DNA from: Methanobacteriota archaeon
GTDB taxonomy: Archaea > Thermoplasmatota > Poseidoniia > Poseidoniales > Poseidoniaceae
NCBI GenBank assembly: GCA_002722695.1
Contig: PBMS01000014.1
Location: forward strand, 5,486-57,582
Reading direction: 5' to 3'
DNA length: 52,097 bases
The notes beneath the pieces were generated by a model. The model was given only the letters and a program-made list of their open reading frames with translations, searched no databases and had not been told where the DNA came from. Every line of letters begins with the position of its first letter. Position 1 is the stretch's first letter. Below are positions 29,178-39,355 of the stretch, piece after piece. The position numbers and the translations under genes are program-made.

Positions 29178-30617
29178 TCACATCTTGTGGATGGCATGAC
29201 CCAGCGTGTCGAGCACGCCCTCGTGGGTCATCTCGGTCATCGTTGGGTGTGCGTGGATGGTGTGCGCCACGTCTTCGAGAACGGCGCCCATTTCAAGCGC
29301 TAGGGTCCATTCTCCAACCAGTTCGCTGATGTGCGTCCCTACGCCCTGAATGCCAAGGATGCGATGGTCGTCCTCACGAGCCACCACGCGTACAAAGCCA
29401 CCGGTCTTCTCAGCTTCTTGAGTCAATGAGCGGCCGTTTGCAGCGAGCGGGAACTTGCCGGTGATGACGGGATGGCCCGCTTCTTTGGCTTGGTCGGGAG
29501 ACAACCCCACGGAGACGATTTCCGGTTCGGTGAACACGATGGCGGGCACAGCCACAGGGTCGTAGGCTCGCTTGTGGCCTGCAATCAGTTCAGCCACCAT
29601 CTCACCTTGGAAGGAGGCCACGTGCGCCAGCATTTCCCCAGAATCGCAGAGGTCTCCAATGGCGTACACGCCTCTCATGTTGGTTTCGCATCGCTCGTTG
29701 ACCTTGACGTAGCCGCGTTCATCCATGGAAACGCCGGTTGCCCCAAGTCCTGATGAAGCGGGTTTGCGTCCCACGGTGACCAGAATCTTGTCGGCAACAA
29801 CGTGTTGCATCTTTTTGTCGTCCTTTTCGTCTTTGTCGATGAAATTCAGTTTGACCTTGCCGCCCTTTGCGTCCTCGACGCCTTTGGCAAACACGCCGGT
29901 GTGGACCTTGATCTTGTTTTTCTTGAGGAACAATTCCAGAGGGCGTCGCAGCTCTTTGTCAAAGAGCGGTAACACCGAATCCATGGCTTCCACGATGGTG
30001 ACCTCGGAACCGAGCATGCGGAAGGTGACGCCGAGCTCAAGACCGATGTATCCTCCACCCACCACCACGATGTGGTCGGGTAAGGTTTCCAGCGACAGTG
30101 CTTCTCGGGAGGAGAGCACGTGTTCGCTGAACGGCATGAACGGAAGCTCAACGGGTAATGACCCCTGAGCCATGATGACGTGGTCGGCCTGAATCAAGGT
30201 CGCATCTTTGCCTTCGCCAATCTTGACCGTCTTGGCGTCTTGGAACACGGCCCACCCGCTGACCAATTCAGCGCCCGCATTCTTGAGCAAGGCCTCAACA
30301 CCCTTGTTGAGACGGTCGACGATGCCTTCTTTCCAGCCCACGAGGTTGCCCATGCTGAGTTCGGCAGGGCCGGGAATCGAGATGCCCATGTGGCCGTCCT
30401 TGGCGGTGTGCTTGGCAAGGTTGTGGAAGGTGTGGGCCGCATGGATGAGCGCTTTGCTCGGGATGCAGCCGCGAATGAGGCACGTGCCGCCGGCCCGCTC
30501 GCCTTCAACGATGATGGTGTTCAGCCCGAGCTGAGCTGAACGAATAGCAGCGACGTAGCCTCCGGGGCCAGCACCGATCACGAGAACTTGGCATTGTTTG
30601 GTCTTCATTGTACGCAC
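29178..30617 (-). CDS. lpdA: Dihydrolipoyl dehydrogenase (E3)
   Basis: IGAGPGGYVAAIR, GGTCLIRGCIPSKA, GGGYIGLE, HAHPTMTE. Confidence 0.97.
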   Translation of the reverse strand: MRTMKTKQCQVLVIGAGPGGYVAAIRSAQLGLNTIIVEGERAGGTCLIRGCIPSKALIHAAHTFHNLAKHTAKDGHMGISIPGPAELSMGNLVGWKEGIVDRLNKGVEALLKNAGAELVSGWAVFQDAKTVKIGEGKDATLIQADHVIMAQGSLPVELPFMPFSEHVLSSREALSLETLPDHIVVVGGGYIGLELGVTFRMLGSEVTIVEAMDSVLPLFDKELRRPLELFLKKNKIKVHTGVFAKGVEDAKGGKVKLNFIDKDEKDDKKMQHVVADKILVTVGRKPASSGLGATGVSMDERGYVKVNERCETNMRGVYAIGDLCDSGEMLAHVASFQGEMVAELIAGHKRAYDPVAVPAIVFTEPEIVSVGLSPDQAKEAGHPVITGKFPLAANGRSLTQEAEKTGGFVRVVAREDDHRILGIQGVGTHISELVGEWTLALEMGAVLEDVAHTIHAHPTMTEMTHEGVLDTLGHAIHKM

Positions 30618-30618
30618 C

Positions 30619-31917
30619 TCACATGAAAATGGTCGCAGGGTGTTCGAGGTAGGATTTCACCAACTGCACCAAACTTGCACCGTCGTGGCCGTCAACGACC
30701 CGATGGTCCCACGACGACGAGAGGTTCATGATGCGGCGGACCACAACCTGACCGTTGTGCACGACGGCTCGGTCTTTTGCGTTGTGAACACCGAGAATTC
30801 CGACCTCGGGTTTGTTGATGATGGGCGTGGCGCCCAGACCACCGAGGCGACCGAGGCTCGTGATGGTGAAGGTGGAACCGGAGAGGTCGTCCACACCGGC
30901 CTTACCGTCTCGGGTGGCCTGGGTTACTCGCATCATCTCAGCGGCGGACTGCCAGATGTCCATGGCTTCCACGTGCATCACGACGGGGACGTACAGCCCT
31001 CGATCGGTTTGAGTAGCGATGCCGAGATTGATGGCTTCGTGTCGGGTTACGACGCCGACATCGTCGTCGTATACGGCGTTGCATTCAGGTCGCTGAGCGA
31101 GCGCTTTGACGAGCGCCTGCATGATGAAAGGCAGGTAGGTAAGTTTGGGAGCCCCTTCGGGTCGAGTGGCGTTCAGGTGTTGACGAAGCGCCTCCAATTC
31201 GGTGACGTCGACCTCTTCGAAATAGGAGAAGTGGGGGATGGTGCTGTAGGACGACATCATGCCATCGGCAATTTTCCGTCGCAAACCGATGACTTTGATG
31301 TCCTCGGTGCCGTTTCGGGCCACCTTGGCAACGCCGCCCATGGGCATGGAGGGCGTGGCCGCTGATGCTCCACCGGCGATGTGGCGGTCGAGGTCAGCGT
31401 GGCTGATGCGTCCCGCTGGGCCGGACCCCGCAACGAGTTGCAGGTCGACGTTGGCCGCTCTGGCTCGCTGGCGAACTGCGGGTGATGCCAGAGCTTTGGT
31501 TCCGGCGGCACGAGCAACGGGTGCGGCTGCGGTCGCCACGGGTGGGGCGGAAGCGGGTTCAGGTTGGTTCGCTTCAGCGACCGGTTCAGGTTTTTCTTCT
31601 TCCGCTGCAGGTTTTTCTTTCTTCGCCGCTGGCTTTTCTTCCGCAGGTTCCGGAGCTTGGCTGGCGTTGCCTTCGCCCTCCACGTCAAAGACGATGCAAA
31701 CGCCGCCAACGGGCAGGATGTCGCCGGCATCACCGACGATGCTGGCGACCGTGCCGTCGCACGGGGAAGGAATTTCCACGGTCGCTTTGTCGGTCATGAC
31801 GGACAAAATCGGGTCGTCTTCCTTGACGGTGTCGCCCACAGCCACCATCCATTCCACGATTTCACCTTCAACGACGCCTTCGCCGATGTCGGGCATTTTA
31901 AACTCAAATTTTCCCAT
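30619..31917 (-). CDS. bkdB: Dihydrolipoamide acyltransferase (E2)
   Basis: MPDIGEGVVEGEI, MTDKAT lipoyl Lys, ASPAVR E3-binding domain, WDHRVVDG. Confidence 0.93.
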   Translation of the reverse strand: MGKFEFKMPDIGEGVVEGEIVEWMVAVGDTVKEDDPILSVMTDKATVEIPSPCDGTVASIVGDAGDILPVGGVCIVFDVEGEGNASQAPEPAEEKPAAKKEKPAAEEEKPEPVAEANQPEPASAPPVATAAAPVARAAGTKALASPAVRQRARAANVDLQLVAGSGPAGRISHADLDRHIAGGASAATPSMPMGGVAKVARNGTEDIKVIGLRRKIADGMMSSYSTIPHFSYFEEVDVTELEALRQHLNATRPEGAPKLTYLPFIMQALVKALAQRPECNAVYDDDVGVVTRHEAINLGIATQTDRGLYVPVVMHVEAMDIWQSAAEMMRVTQATRDGKAGVDDLSGSTFTITSLGRLGGLGATPIINKPEVGILGVHNAKDRAVVHNGQVVVRRIMNLSSSWDHRVVDGHDGASLVQLVKSYLEHPATIFM

Positions 31918-31919
31918 GT

Positions 31920-32930
31920 TTAGTCCTCCTGTGTTCTGTGTATTGCTTCCGCAATGCGAGATGGAGTTGGGAGGTAATCCCACTCAGTGGTGTGGGGGAA
32001 CGGGGTGTCCCAGCCCGTGACGCGCTGGATGGGCGCTTCGAGGTGGTAGAAGCAGCGCTCCTGAATCGATGCGCTCATCTCGGCTCCAAACCCGCTGGTT
32101 TTGGGTGCTTCGTGGACGATGACGCATCGCCCTGTTTTCTTGACGGAATCGACCACCGTGTCGCGGTCCCACGGAACCAAGGTTTGGAGATCGATGAGTT
32201 CGCAGTTCACACCTGAATCCTTGATGGCTTGCTCGCAAACGTGGACCATGGCGCCCCATGCTATGACGGTGCATGCGCCGCCTTCCATGACGATGTTTGC
32301 TTGTTCGAGTGGGATGGAGTAGTATTCCTCGGGCACCTCGCCGTCGGGGTGATCGTTCCACGTCGGTACGTTGTGTGGGTCGCCGTAAAACGGTCCGCGG
32401 TAGCAGCGCTTCGGTTCGAAGAAGATGACCGGATCGTTGCATTCAATGGCGCTGGTCAGGAGTCCTTTGGCGTTGCGAGGATTGGAGCAATACACGACCT
32501 TCAGGCCCGGTGTGTGCGTGAACTGAGCCTCGGGAGACTGCGAGTGGTGGTGACCACCTTTGATGCCCCCTCCGGCAGGCGTCCGGAAGGTTACGGGTGC
32601 CGAATATTCCCCGCCTGAGCGGTGTCGAAGTTTGGCAATTTCGTTGACGATTTGGTCGTAGGCCGGGAAGATGTAGTCCGCAAATTGAATTTCAGCAACA
32701 GGGCGGAGTCCGTTGAGGCCCATGCCCATGGCGATGGCTGCGATGCCACCTTCCGCCAGCGGTGAATCGAACACACGGTGGGGGCCGTGTTTCTCCTGCA
32801 GGCCGGCCGTGACCCGAAACACACCGCCGAAATAACCCACGTCCTCGCCAAAAATGACGACGTTGGGGTCGTTTTGCAACTGGTGCTCCAATGCGGAGTT
32901 GAGGGCGGCGATCATGTTCATTTTTGCCAT
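31920..32930 (-). CDS. bkdA2: Branched-chain 2-oxoacid dehydrogenase E1 beta
   Basis: GEDVGYFGGVFR, PLAEGGI, EIQFADY, HSQSPE, FFEPKR. Confidence 0.92.
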   Translation of the reverse strand: MAKMNMIAALNSALEHQLQNDPNVVIFGEDVGYFGGVFRVTAGLQEKHGPHRVFDSPLAEGGIAAIAMGMGLNGLRPVAEIQFADYIFPAYDQIVNEIAKLRHRSGGEYSAPVTFRTPAGGGIKGGHHHSQSPEAQFTHTPGLKVVYCSNPRNAKGLLTSAIECNDPVIFFEPKRCYRGPFYGDPHNVPTWNDHPDGEVPEEYYSIPLEQANIVMEGGACTVIAWGAMVHVCEQAIKDSGVNCELIDLQTLVPWDRDTVVDSVKKTGRCVIVHEAPKTSGFGAEMSASIQERCFYHLEAPIQRVTGWDTPFPHTTEWDYLPTPSRIAEAIHRTQED

Positions 32931-32939
32931 CGTCTCACC

Positions 32940-34181
32940 TCACTTCCCGAGCTCCTCACGCTGTTCTTGCACGTGCCAGGGCACGGTCTCGTACACTTCA
33001 GTAAAAATCGTCGATGCTGGGGGGTACGGACCGGACGCCAAATCTCCGAACTCGCAGGCTTCCTTGTAGGCGGTCATAACGTCGTTGTCGATTTTCTCAG
33101 CCAGAGCCTTGTCCTTCGCTTCGTCCCACTTGCCGATCTTGATCAGGTGGCCTCGCAATCGCTCAACCGGGTCGCCACCGGGCCAGCATTCAAACTCGTT
33201 CCCGGGTCGATAGGCCGACGGGTCGTCGGAGGACGAATGGGCACCAGCGCGGTAGGTGTACACTTCAATGTGCGACGGTCCCAAGCCCGCTGATGCGCGC
33301 TCACGTGCCCACTTTGTCACGCTGTAAAGGGCCAAGAAGTCGTTTCCATCAACTCGGAACGAGGGAATGTCGTAGGCCAGCCCTCGCTCGGCAAATGTTC
33401 GGCCGCCGGTGGCAAGGGAAACGTGGGTTGAGATGGCCCATTGATTGTTGACCACGTTGAGAATAACGGGCGGCTTGAAGGTCGATGCAAAATTCAGGGC
33501 GTAGTGGTAATCGCCCTGCGCAGACGTGCCGTCTCCCAACCAAGAGATGCAGACTTCATCGTCGCCTTTGTAAGCGCTGGCCATGGCAACACCAACGGCC
33601 TGCGAGAACTGCGTGCCGACCGGCGATGAAATTGAGATGAATCGCCCCTCACGCCACGTGTAATGGACGGGCATTTGGCGGCCACGAACATTGTCCTCCG
33701 TGTTTCCGATGCAGTGGCAAATCATGCTCACCATGTCGCGGCCACGAACGAATTGGGCCCCCGGTTGTCGGTAGGATGGGAAGACCCAGTCTTGTTCCTC
33801 AAGCGCCATGGTCTGTGCGATGGCGACGGCCTCTTCGCCGAAGGACCGCATGTAAAACGACAGTTTACCGGTTCGCTGCATTTTCATCATTCGATCGTCG
33901 AAAATCCGCAAGCGCATCATGTATTCCAAGCCCTGAATGAGGGTTTTTTCGTCGAGCTGGGGGTCCCACTCACCGATGGCCTCCCCCTCGTCGTTGAGCA
34001 CCCGAATCAGCCCCTTGGCGTGTTCAGCGGTGTCTTCAGTGCGGCACGTAGCGGGGTCTGGGCGGTTGAGGTCGCCGGGTTGTTCAACGAATGCACCGCC
34101 GAAGGTTGGCTCGTCTCCGGGCCGGAACGGAGCAACGCCGATGGTGTATGGCGTGGTGGTAACCGTGCTACGTTCTGTCAT
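32940..34181 (-). CDS. bkdA1: Branched-chain 2-oxoacid dehydrogenase E1 alpha
   Basis: PFRPGDEP N-terminal domain, QRTGKLSFY, GRQMPVHY, GDG...NNQWAIS TPP motif, HSSSDDPS.YR. Confidence 0.92.
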   Translation of the reverse strand: MTERSTVTTTPYTIGVAPFRPGDEPTFGGAFVEQPGDLNRPDPATCRTEDTAEHAKGLIRVLNDEGEAIGEWDPQLDEKTLIQGLEYMMRLRIFDDRMMKMQRTGKLSFYMRSFGEEAVAIAQTMALEEQDWVFPSYRQPGAQFVRGRDMVSMICHCIGNTEDNVRGRQMPVHYTWREGRFISISSPVGTQFSQAVGVAMASAYKGDDEVCISWLGDGTSAQGDYHYALNFASTFKPPVILNVVNNQWAISTHVSLATGGRTFAERGLAYDIPSFRVDGNDFLALYSVTKWARERASAGLGPSHIEVYTYRAGAHSSSDDPSAYRPGNEFECWPGGDPVERLRGHLIKIGKWDEAKDKALAEKIDNDVMTAYKEACEFGDLASGPYPPASTIFTEVYETVPWHVQEQREELGK

Positions 34182-34190
34182 TGAATCACC

Positions 34191-35207
34191 TCAGGGCTCG
34201 TCCGCCTTAAGTGGTGTCGGTTCGGGTGTATGGGGTTGAGCAACCCGAACGTACGCCCCCAACATCGTTTCTTGGTTGGTTGGGTCCAGCGTCTTTCGCA
34301 CCAACAAACCGGCTTTGTACGACGAGCGCACGAGGGGGCCGCTGGCGACGCCTGAGAAGCCCAGTTCCATCGCCTTTTGGGCCCATTCATCGTACCGTTC
34401 GGGATCGGGGAATCGGTCGACGGCGAGGTGGTTTTTCGACGGTGCTAGATATTGGCCAACGGTGACGAGGTCAACCCCAGCGTCTCGCAAGAGGCCAAGC
34501 GCTTCGTCGATTTCCTCGTCGGTTTCGCCCACGCCCACCATCAGGGACGATTTTGTGATGATGTCAGGGCGCAGTCGCTTTGCCTCTCGCAGAATGGACA
34601 GGGATTGACCAAACGAAGCTCGAGCGTCTCGGACGGTTGCGTCCAATCGGGGAACGCACTCAACGTTGTGCGCAAACACCACCAGCGGGCTTGCTTCGAG
34701 AAGATGAGCGAGCGCCTCAAGGTCCCCCGCAAGGTCCGAGCAGAGCAGTTCAAGGGTCACCTCGGGAGATGTTTGGGCCACGGCGTCGATGCAGCGTTTG
34801 TAGTGGTCGGCGCCACTGTCGGGAAGGTCATCCCGGTTGACCACGGTGATGACGGCATGGCGCAGCTTCATGGACGAAACCGCTTGAGCCAAGTGCTCAG
34901 GTTCCTCAGGGTCGAGGGGTGGAGGTCGTTTGATGGTTCCAACCGCACAGAAACGACAACCTCGTGTGCACTCCTGGCCGGCGATCATGAACGTGGCATC
35001 ACCGCTGGCCCAACATTCGTGAATGTTTGGGCAGCGAGCCTCTTCGCACACCGTGTGAAGTCGGTTGTCTTTGACCGCTGCTTTGGTGGTGTTAAATGCG
35101 GTTTGCTGGGCGCCGCTGGGCAGGCTGGTTCGGAACCAATCGGGGAGTCGGCGCTTGGGAGCAGCAGGCGTTAACGAAGACGCCATCGGGAGTTGTTTGC
35201 CTGCCAT
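34191..35207 (-). CDS. lipA: Lipoyl synthase (radical SAM)
   Basis: CEEARCPNIHEC, CTRGCRFC, RDDLPD, HNVE, GQYL, PLVRSSY; GGGGAGG SD before ATG 35207. Confidence 0.96.
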   Translation of the reverse strand: MAGKQLPMASSLTPAAPKRRLPDWFRTSLPSGAQQTAFNTTKAAVKDNRLHTVCEEARCPNIHECWASGDATFMIAGQECTRGCRFCAVGTIKRPPPLDPEEPEHLAQAVSSMKLRHAVITVVNRDDLPDSGADHYKRCIDAVAQTSPEVTLELLCSDLAGDLEALAHLLEASPLVVFAHNVECVPRLDATVRDARASFGQSLSILREAKRLRPDIITKSSLMVGVGETDEEIDEALGLLRDAGVDLVTVGQYLAPSKNHLAVDRFPDPERYDEWAQKAMELGFSGVASGPLVRSSYKAGLLVRKTLDPTNQETMLGAYVRVAQPHTPEPTPLKADEP

Positions 35208-35330
35208 TGTGTCCTCCCCTTGACCGAGCCAGTTGGTGGATGCCAAAAAAGGTGTGTTGGTGCAGCGAAGGCGATGAAGACCCCCGCGTCCGATACGAGG
35301 CTTCATGAATCGGGTTGTTGTGTGTGCACC

Positions 35331-36071
35331 ATGGTAGAGCGAGTGGTCCTTATCACTGGGGCGGGGCAACGTCTCGGGGCAGCCACCGCTGCTCGTCTCA
35401 TGGACGAGGGTTGTCACGTTCTTGTTCATGCGCGCTCCTCCGTGAACGCCGCACAGCAACTCGTTGACGATGCCACGGCCCGAAACGGCGTCGTTCGTGG
35501 CACGGTGGTTCAGGCTGATTTGACGGTCGATGAGGAGGTTGAGTCGCTGATGACCAGCGTACGAGCGCACCCACTCGTGGCTGAGCACGGTTTGTTCGGA
35601 TTGGTTCACAACGCATCGTTCTATCATCAAGGTCCCTTTGAGAGCGTTGATTTGGACACGTATCGCTCCCTCAATCGACTGCACATGGAGGCACCCTATG
35701 TCCTGACTCAATCCCTGCTGCCGCAACTTGAGCAGGGAGGCGGTTCTGTGGTTGCCATCGTCGACACCTCGTGGGGCCGTGCATGGGAAGGGCTGGCTCA
35801 TTACACCTCCAGCAAAGCCGGCCTGCGTCAACTCATGCTGAACCTGGCCGGCGAACTTGCGGAGCGCGTGCGAGTGAACTGCCTCGCTCCCGGCGCCATC
35901 ATGGCCGCTGATTGGGAAGCCGAGCACTTTGCAAAGGTCTTGGAAAAGGTCCCGCTTGGCCGTTCCGGCGAGGGATCCGACATCGCCTCTGGCGTCCACT
36001 TCCTTCTCACAAACGGCACCATCACCGGGAACGTCCTTCACGTCGATGGTGGGTGGACGCTGAACGAATGA
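35331..36071 (+). CDS. SDR oxidoreductase, pteridine reductase (FolM/PTR1)-like
   Basis: LITGAGQRLG, VHNASFY, IVD, YTSSK, RVNCLAPG, ITG.VL.VDGG. Confidence 0.8.
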   Translation: MVERVVLITGAGQRLGAATAARLMDEGCHVLVHARSSVNAAQQLVDDATARNGVVRGTVVQADLTVDEEVESLMTSVRAHPLVAEHGLFGLVHNASFYHQGPFESVDLDTYRSLNRLHMEAPYVLTQSLLPQLEQGGGSVVAIVDTSWGRAWEGLAHYTSSKAGLRQLMLNLAGELAERVRVNCLAPGAIMAADWEAEHFAKVLEKVPLGRSGEGSDIASGVHFLLTNGTITGNVLHVDGGWTLNE

Positions 36072-36113
36072 GCAGATTCTTTCAAGTGCTCCACCCAAGC
36101 GTGGTTTGTTCAC

Positions 36114-36200
36114 GCAGGGGTGGCTGAGTAGGTCAAAGGCGCCGGGCTTAAGATCCGGTCTCGTATGAGTTCGTGGGTTCGGATCCCACCCCCTGCACCA
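36114..36200 (+). tRNA. tRNA-Leu (anticodon UAA), CCA encoded, no intron
   Basis: GCAGGGG...CCCCTGC-ACCA acceptor stem; anticodon arm CCGGG-CTTAAGA-TCCGG; long variable arm; T arm GTGGG-TTCGGAT-CCCAC. Confidence 0.95.
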
Positions 36201-36292
36201 ACATTTCTCTTCGCAGCGGGGCGGTTGAGAAGTCATTTTTGTTGCACAAACCATGCAAAACCGTTTAACACCCCCACCACCACGGCGAATCG

Positions 36293-39253
36293 GTGGACTT
36301 GATGCTGGTTGGGCAAACCGAAAAGGGCAATCGCACGTTGGCTGCGGGATTGGTGTTCCTGTTCCTGTTTTCGCTGTTGGGTTCAACGGTACCGGCAACC
36401 CCACTCGACCCGTCCGATTCTGTGCTTCAGGACACCACCGTTGTCGCTCCGGTCTCGATTCCGGAGCAAACCTACGAGTTGTATCTGGACGCACCCACCT
36501 CAGAAACCGGCGGACAAGGGTCCATCACGACCATCGAGCCCAACGGCGGTCAAGAGGAAGGCAGCGCCATCGACGGTCTTGAATTTCGAAGCGAGGAAAT
36601 GATCAGTGATCTCTACATCAACGGCAGCGGTGCGTCCAACACCGCACGTCTGTCTCTGTACATTCAATTCCGCGGTTCAGGAAACTCAACGGCCGACGTC
36701 ACGTTCTCGCTCAAGGCAGGCGACACGCAGGTGGCGTCCGAGAGTCGAGACCTCGAAAATCCATGTTCACCCAGTCCTTTCGGCGGTGGCGGATGTTCGT
36801 GGACCGTGATCGAAGTGGATTTCGACATCGGCGCAAACGGGTTTATGGTCCCCAAAGGAAAGCAACTCAAAATCCGAATCGACGCTCAAGCTTCCTGCGA
36901 GGGCAACACCGGTGGCTTTGGCGGGACGGACTGTGCCGTTGACATCGCCTTCGGCAAGATGGAAAGTTCGGGCGGTTATTCTCGTCTTCAAGTGATGACC
37001 AACGCCCTCTCTGGGTCAAGCGTTCGAGTTCACAGCTGCAACGAAGCTTTTGGCTGCAACTGGAACGACGCACAAAAGTTCGAATGGTCCCCGAACCATC
37101 GCCCATCCTTCCGCGAAATGCAATTCTCCATCGAGGTTCGAGACGCCTTCGGACGGGACGATATCGAAGAGGTCAACCTCATCATGGCCACACCCAACGG
37201 GGCCAACGCCGTGTTTGAGAAGAACTTCGACGACGACGATTTGAAACTCGACAACAACGGTTTGGTCGGGAACTACAGTTTCACGTACGAAGCGGACATC
37301 TCTGCGGGGGAATATCCTGTTCGGCTGGAAGTCGAGGACGTTCAGGGCCACTCGGTCATCTTTGAGCACCCGGGCATCACCATGCTTGAAAACGATGTTT
37401 ATCTTTCACTGCCCAGCAACCAACCCGAAGTGGTTCTCTTCGCACCCGGCGCGGTCGTGAACGTGGAATTCCTGGTCGAACACACGGGGTCCTCCTCAAG
37501 CAGCATCGATGTTCTCTTCGATCTCGAGACCAACCTCCCCTCCACGTGGTCGGACCCGCAATGGAGCGCACCCAGCGGGACCTACACGCTCAGCGGTGGC
37601 GGCTCGTCGGTCATTCCTGAGTTGAGTCTTGAAGTGCCCGAGGGCGACCTTGACAGCGCACCCGATTCCTTGGAAATTGAAGCCAGGGTGTATGCGACCA
37701 ACGACCAAGGCCAGGACGAAGAGGTGGCGATTCGAACCATCTCTCTCGACTTTGAGGAAGTGGACGTGTTTGCGCCACCCCGGCTCTTTGTTTACGAGGA
37801 CGACGAACACCAGAAGCAGATTGCAGATTCAACCCGGCCCGAAGCCTACGACGAAACGCTCTCTCACTACGTCGATGCGGACGAGGTGGGTGACTTCTTC
37901 CTCGACGTGTTCAACACCGGTTTCCAAACCGATTCCTTCAAAATACGCGTCCTTGAACAACCCGACGATTGGCAGTATCGATTCTACGACAACGACACCG
38001 GTCTGGAACTGGTTGAGGAGGGCATCTACTCCATGACCCCCGACATCGGGTCCACGCAGATCCTCACCATCCTGATGGAGGTTTACCCGCCAGCCGACCG
38101 AGACGGCGTCGACATCGGCTTGTTCAAGCTGTCCGTAACCAGCAAAGAAGACTCCGAACTCCGCACCGACGTGGCGTTTACGGTCCATCGCACGTTTGGT
38201 ATTCTCGTCGAGGTCATATCCGACAGCGACGGCACAGGCGAAGACAATCCTCTCGGTCAAGTGGGACCCGTCACGGGCTCAGCGTCGGTCTACTTCAATT
38301 TGCGAATCACCGATTCGAGCGACACCGGATCGGGCTCGACCACCTGGAAGATTGTCAACCCTAGGGACGTCGAACAGAACGCTGAAAACAACCCCAAATA
38401 CGCTGCGTGGGACTACACGATTTCCAACGGCAGCAACAGCAACCTCGTCGCCGTGAATTTGGCCCCCGATGAATACATTGACATGCGCTTGGACATAACG
38501 CTTCGAGGTCAGGTTGAGGCTGGTGACCACATCATTTACACGCGCATCATCGAAGAGGGCGTTGACATCGACGACGCACGCTACTTTGACTTACCCGTGA
38601 AGGTCGTCATCCAAGAAGAGGTCATACCGAATCGCTTGGAAATCACCGACAAGAGCGAACGCTCCCGCTTCTCGCCAAGCGAGGAACAAACGCTTCGCTA
38701 CGACATCAGCAACCAGAACAACATCCCGCTTGACGTGGTGATTCGCCTCGATCAACCCGATGGATGGGAAGGCGCAATACGGGCCACATCAAGTCAGCTG
38801 GGCAGCGACTTCTTGATCATCAACCTCCCCGCATACTCCTCAAAGGAATTCAGCGTCTCAATGATCGCCCCTGACAACGTCAAGGACAGCGAAGTTGTCG
38901 ACTTTGAGTTCAGGGTGACGCCCATGAACAACGAGACTCCTTTCGCCGACGAATACGTTCAGAAATTCACGTTTTCCTACATGACGGAATGCACCGGCGT
39001 TTCCTGCTTGGTTGAGGAATTGATCAATCCTGAGCCTCAAACCATGGCGTTCTATGCGGTTCTCGCTGCGCTCCTGTTCTACGCTCGCGGTCGCCGAGGC
39101 ACCTCAAAGGAGGACACCTTTGAGGACGATGAAATGCCGCTGGACGATGCACTGGTCGGTGAGGACGAGGACGACGATCTCCCCCCGCCCGTACGCGCAG
39201 AGGAAGACGACGACGACGAGCTTGAACTGCTCGATGAACTGGACGATCTGTGA
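36293..39253 (+). CDS. Large membrane-anchored surface protein with multiple Ig-like beta-sandwich domains and acidic tail
   Basis: N-terminal hydrophobic signal, acidic beta-rich body with V.N.G...D.F / P..W repeats, TM MAFYAVLAALLFYA-RGRR, D/E-rich C-terminus. Confidence 0.85.
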   Translation: MDLMLVGQTEKGNRTLAAGLVFLFLFSLLGSTVPATPLDPSDSVLQDTTVVAPVSIPEQTYELYLDAPTSETGGQGSITTIEPNGGQEEGSAIDGLEFRSEEMISDLYINGSGASNTARLSLYIQFRGSGNSTADVTFSLKAGDTQVASESRDLENPCSPSPFGGGGCSWTVIEVDFDIGANGFMVPKGKQLKIRIDAQASCEGNTGGFGGTDCAVDIAFGKMESSGGYSRLQVMTNALSGSSVRVHSCNEAFGCNWNDAQKFEWSPNHRPSFREMQFSIEVRDAFGRDDIEEVNLIMATPNGANAVFEKNFDDDDLKLDNNGLVGNYSFTYEADISAGEYPVRLEVEDVQGHSVIFEHPGITMLENDVYLSLPSNQPEVVLFAPGAVVNVEFLVEHTGSSSSSIDVLFDLETNLPSTWSDPQWSAPSGTYTLSGGGSSVIPELSLEVPEGDLDSAPDSLEIEARVYATNDQGQDEEVAIRTISLDFEEVDVFAPPRLFVYEDDEHQKQIADSTRPEAYDETLSHYVDADEVGDFFLDVFNTGFQTDSFKIRVLEQPDDWQYRFYDNDTGLELVEEGIYSMTPDIGSTQILTILMEVYPPADRDGVDIGLFKLSVTSKEDSELRTDVAFTVHRTFGILVEVISDSDGTGEDNPLGQVGPVTGSASVYFNLRITDSSDTGSGSTTWKIVNPRDVEQNAENNPKYAAWDYTISNGSNSNLVAVNLAPDEYIDMRLDITLRGQVEAGDHIIYTRIIEEGVDIDDARYFDLPVKVVIQEEVIPNRLEITDKSERSRFSPSEEQTLRYDISNQNNIPLDVVIRLDQPDGWEGAIRATSSQLGSDFLIINLPAYSSKEFSVSMIAPDNVKDSEVVDFEFRVTPMNNETPFADEYVQKFTFSYMTECTGVSCLVEELINPEPQTMAFYAVLAALLFYARGRRGTSKEDTFEDDEMPLDDALVGEDEDDDLPPPVRAEEDDDDELELLDELDDL

Positions 39254-39355
39254 TGGCTCCGTCCCTTCAACACCAGCGTCTTCCGGCCCTGCAAGACGGG
39301 TGTTGTATGAACATCGTACCATTTCCCTTATGAGGCATCAGACGCACCCGAACGC

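Noticed and set aside
36114-36300. tRNA-Leu as an integration site for the downstream surface genes
   Set aside because: No integrase, no repeat of the tRNA 3' end found, and GC is host-like
34191-36494. 767-aa ORF suggesting LipA with a 430-aa N-terminal extension
   Set aside because: The extension is antisense to the SDR gene and tRNA-Leu; an SD-preceded ATG at 35207 gives a normal LipA
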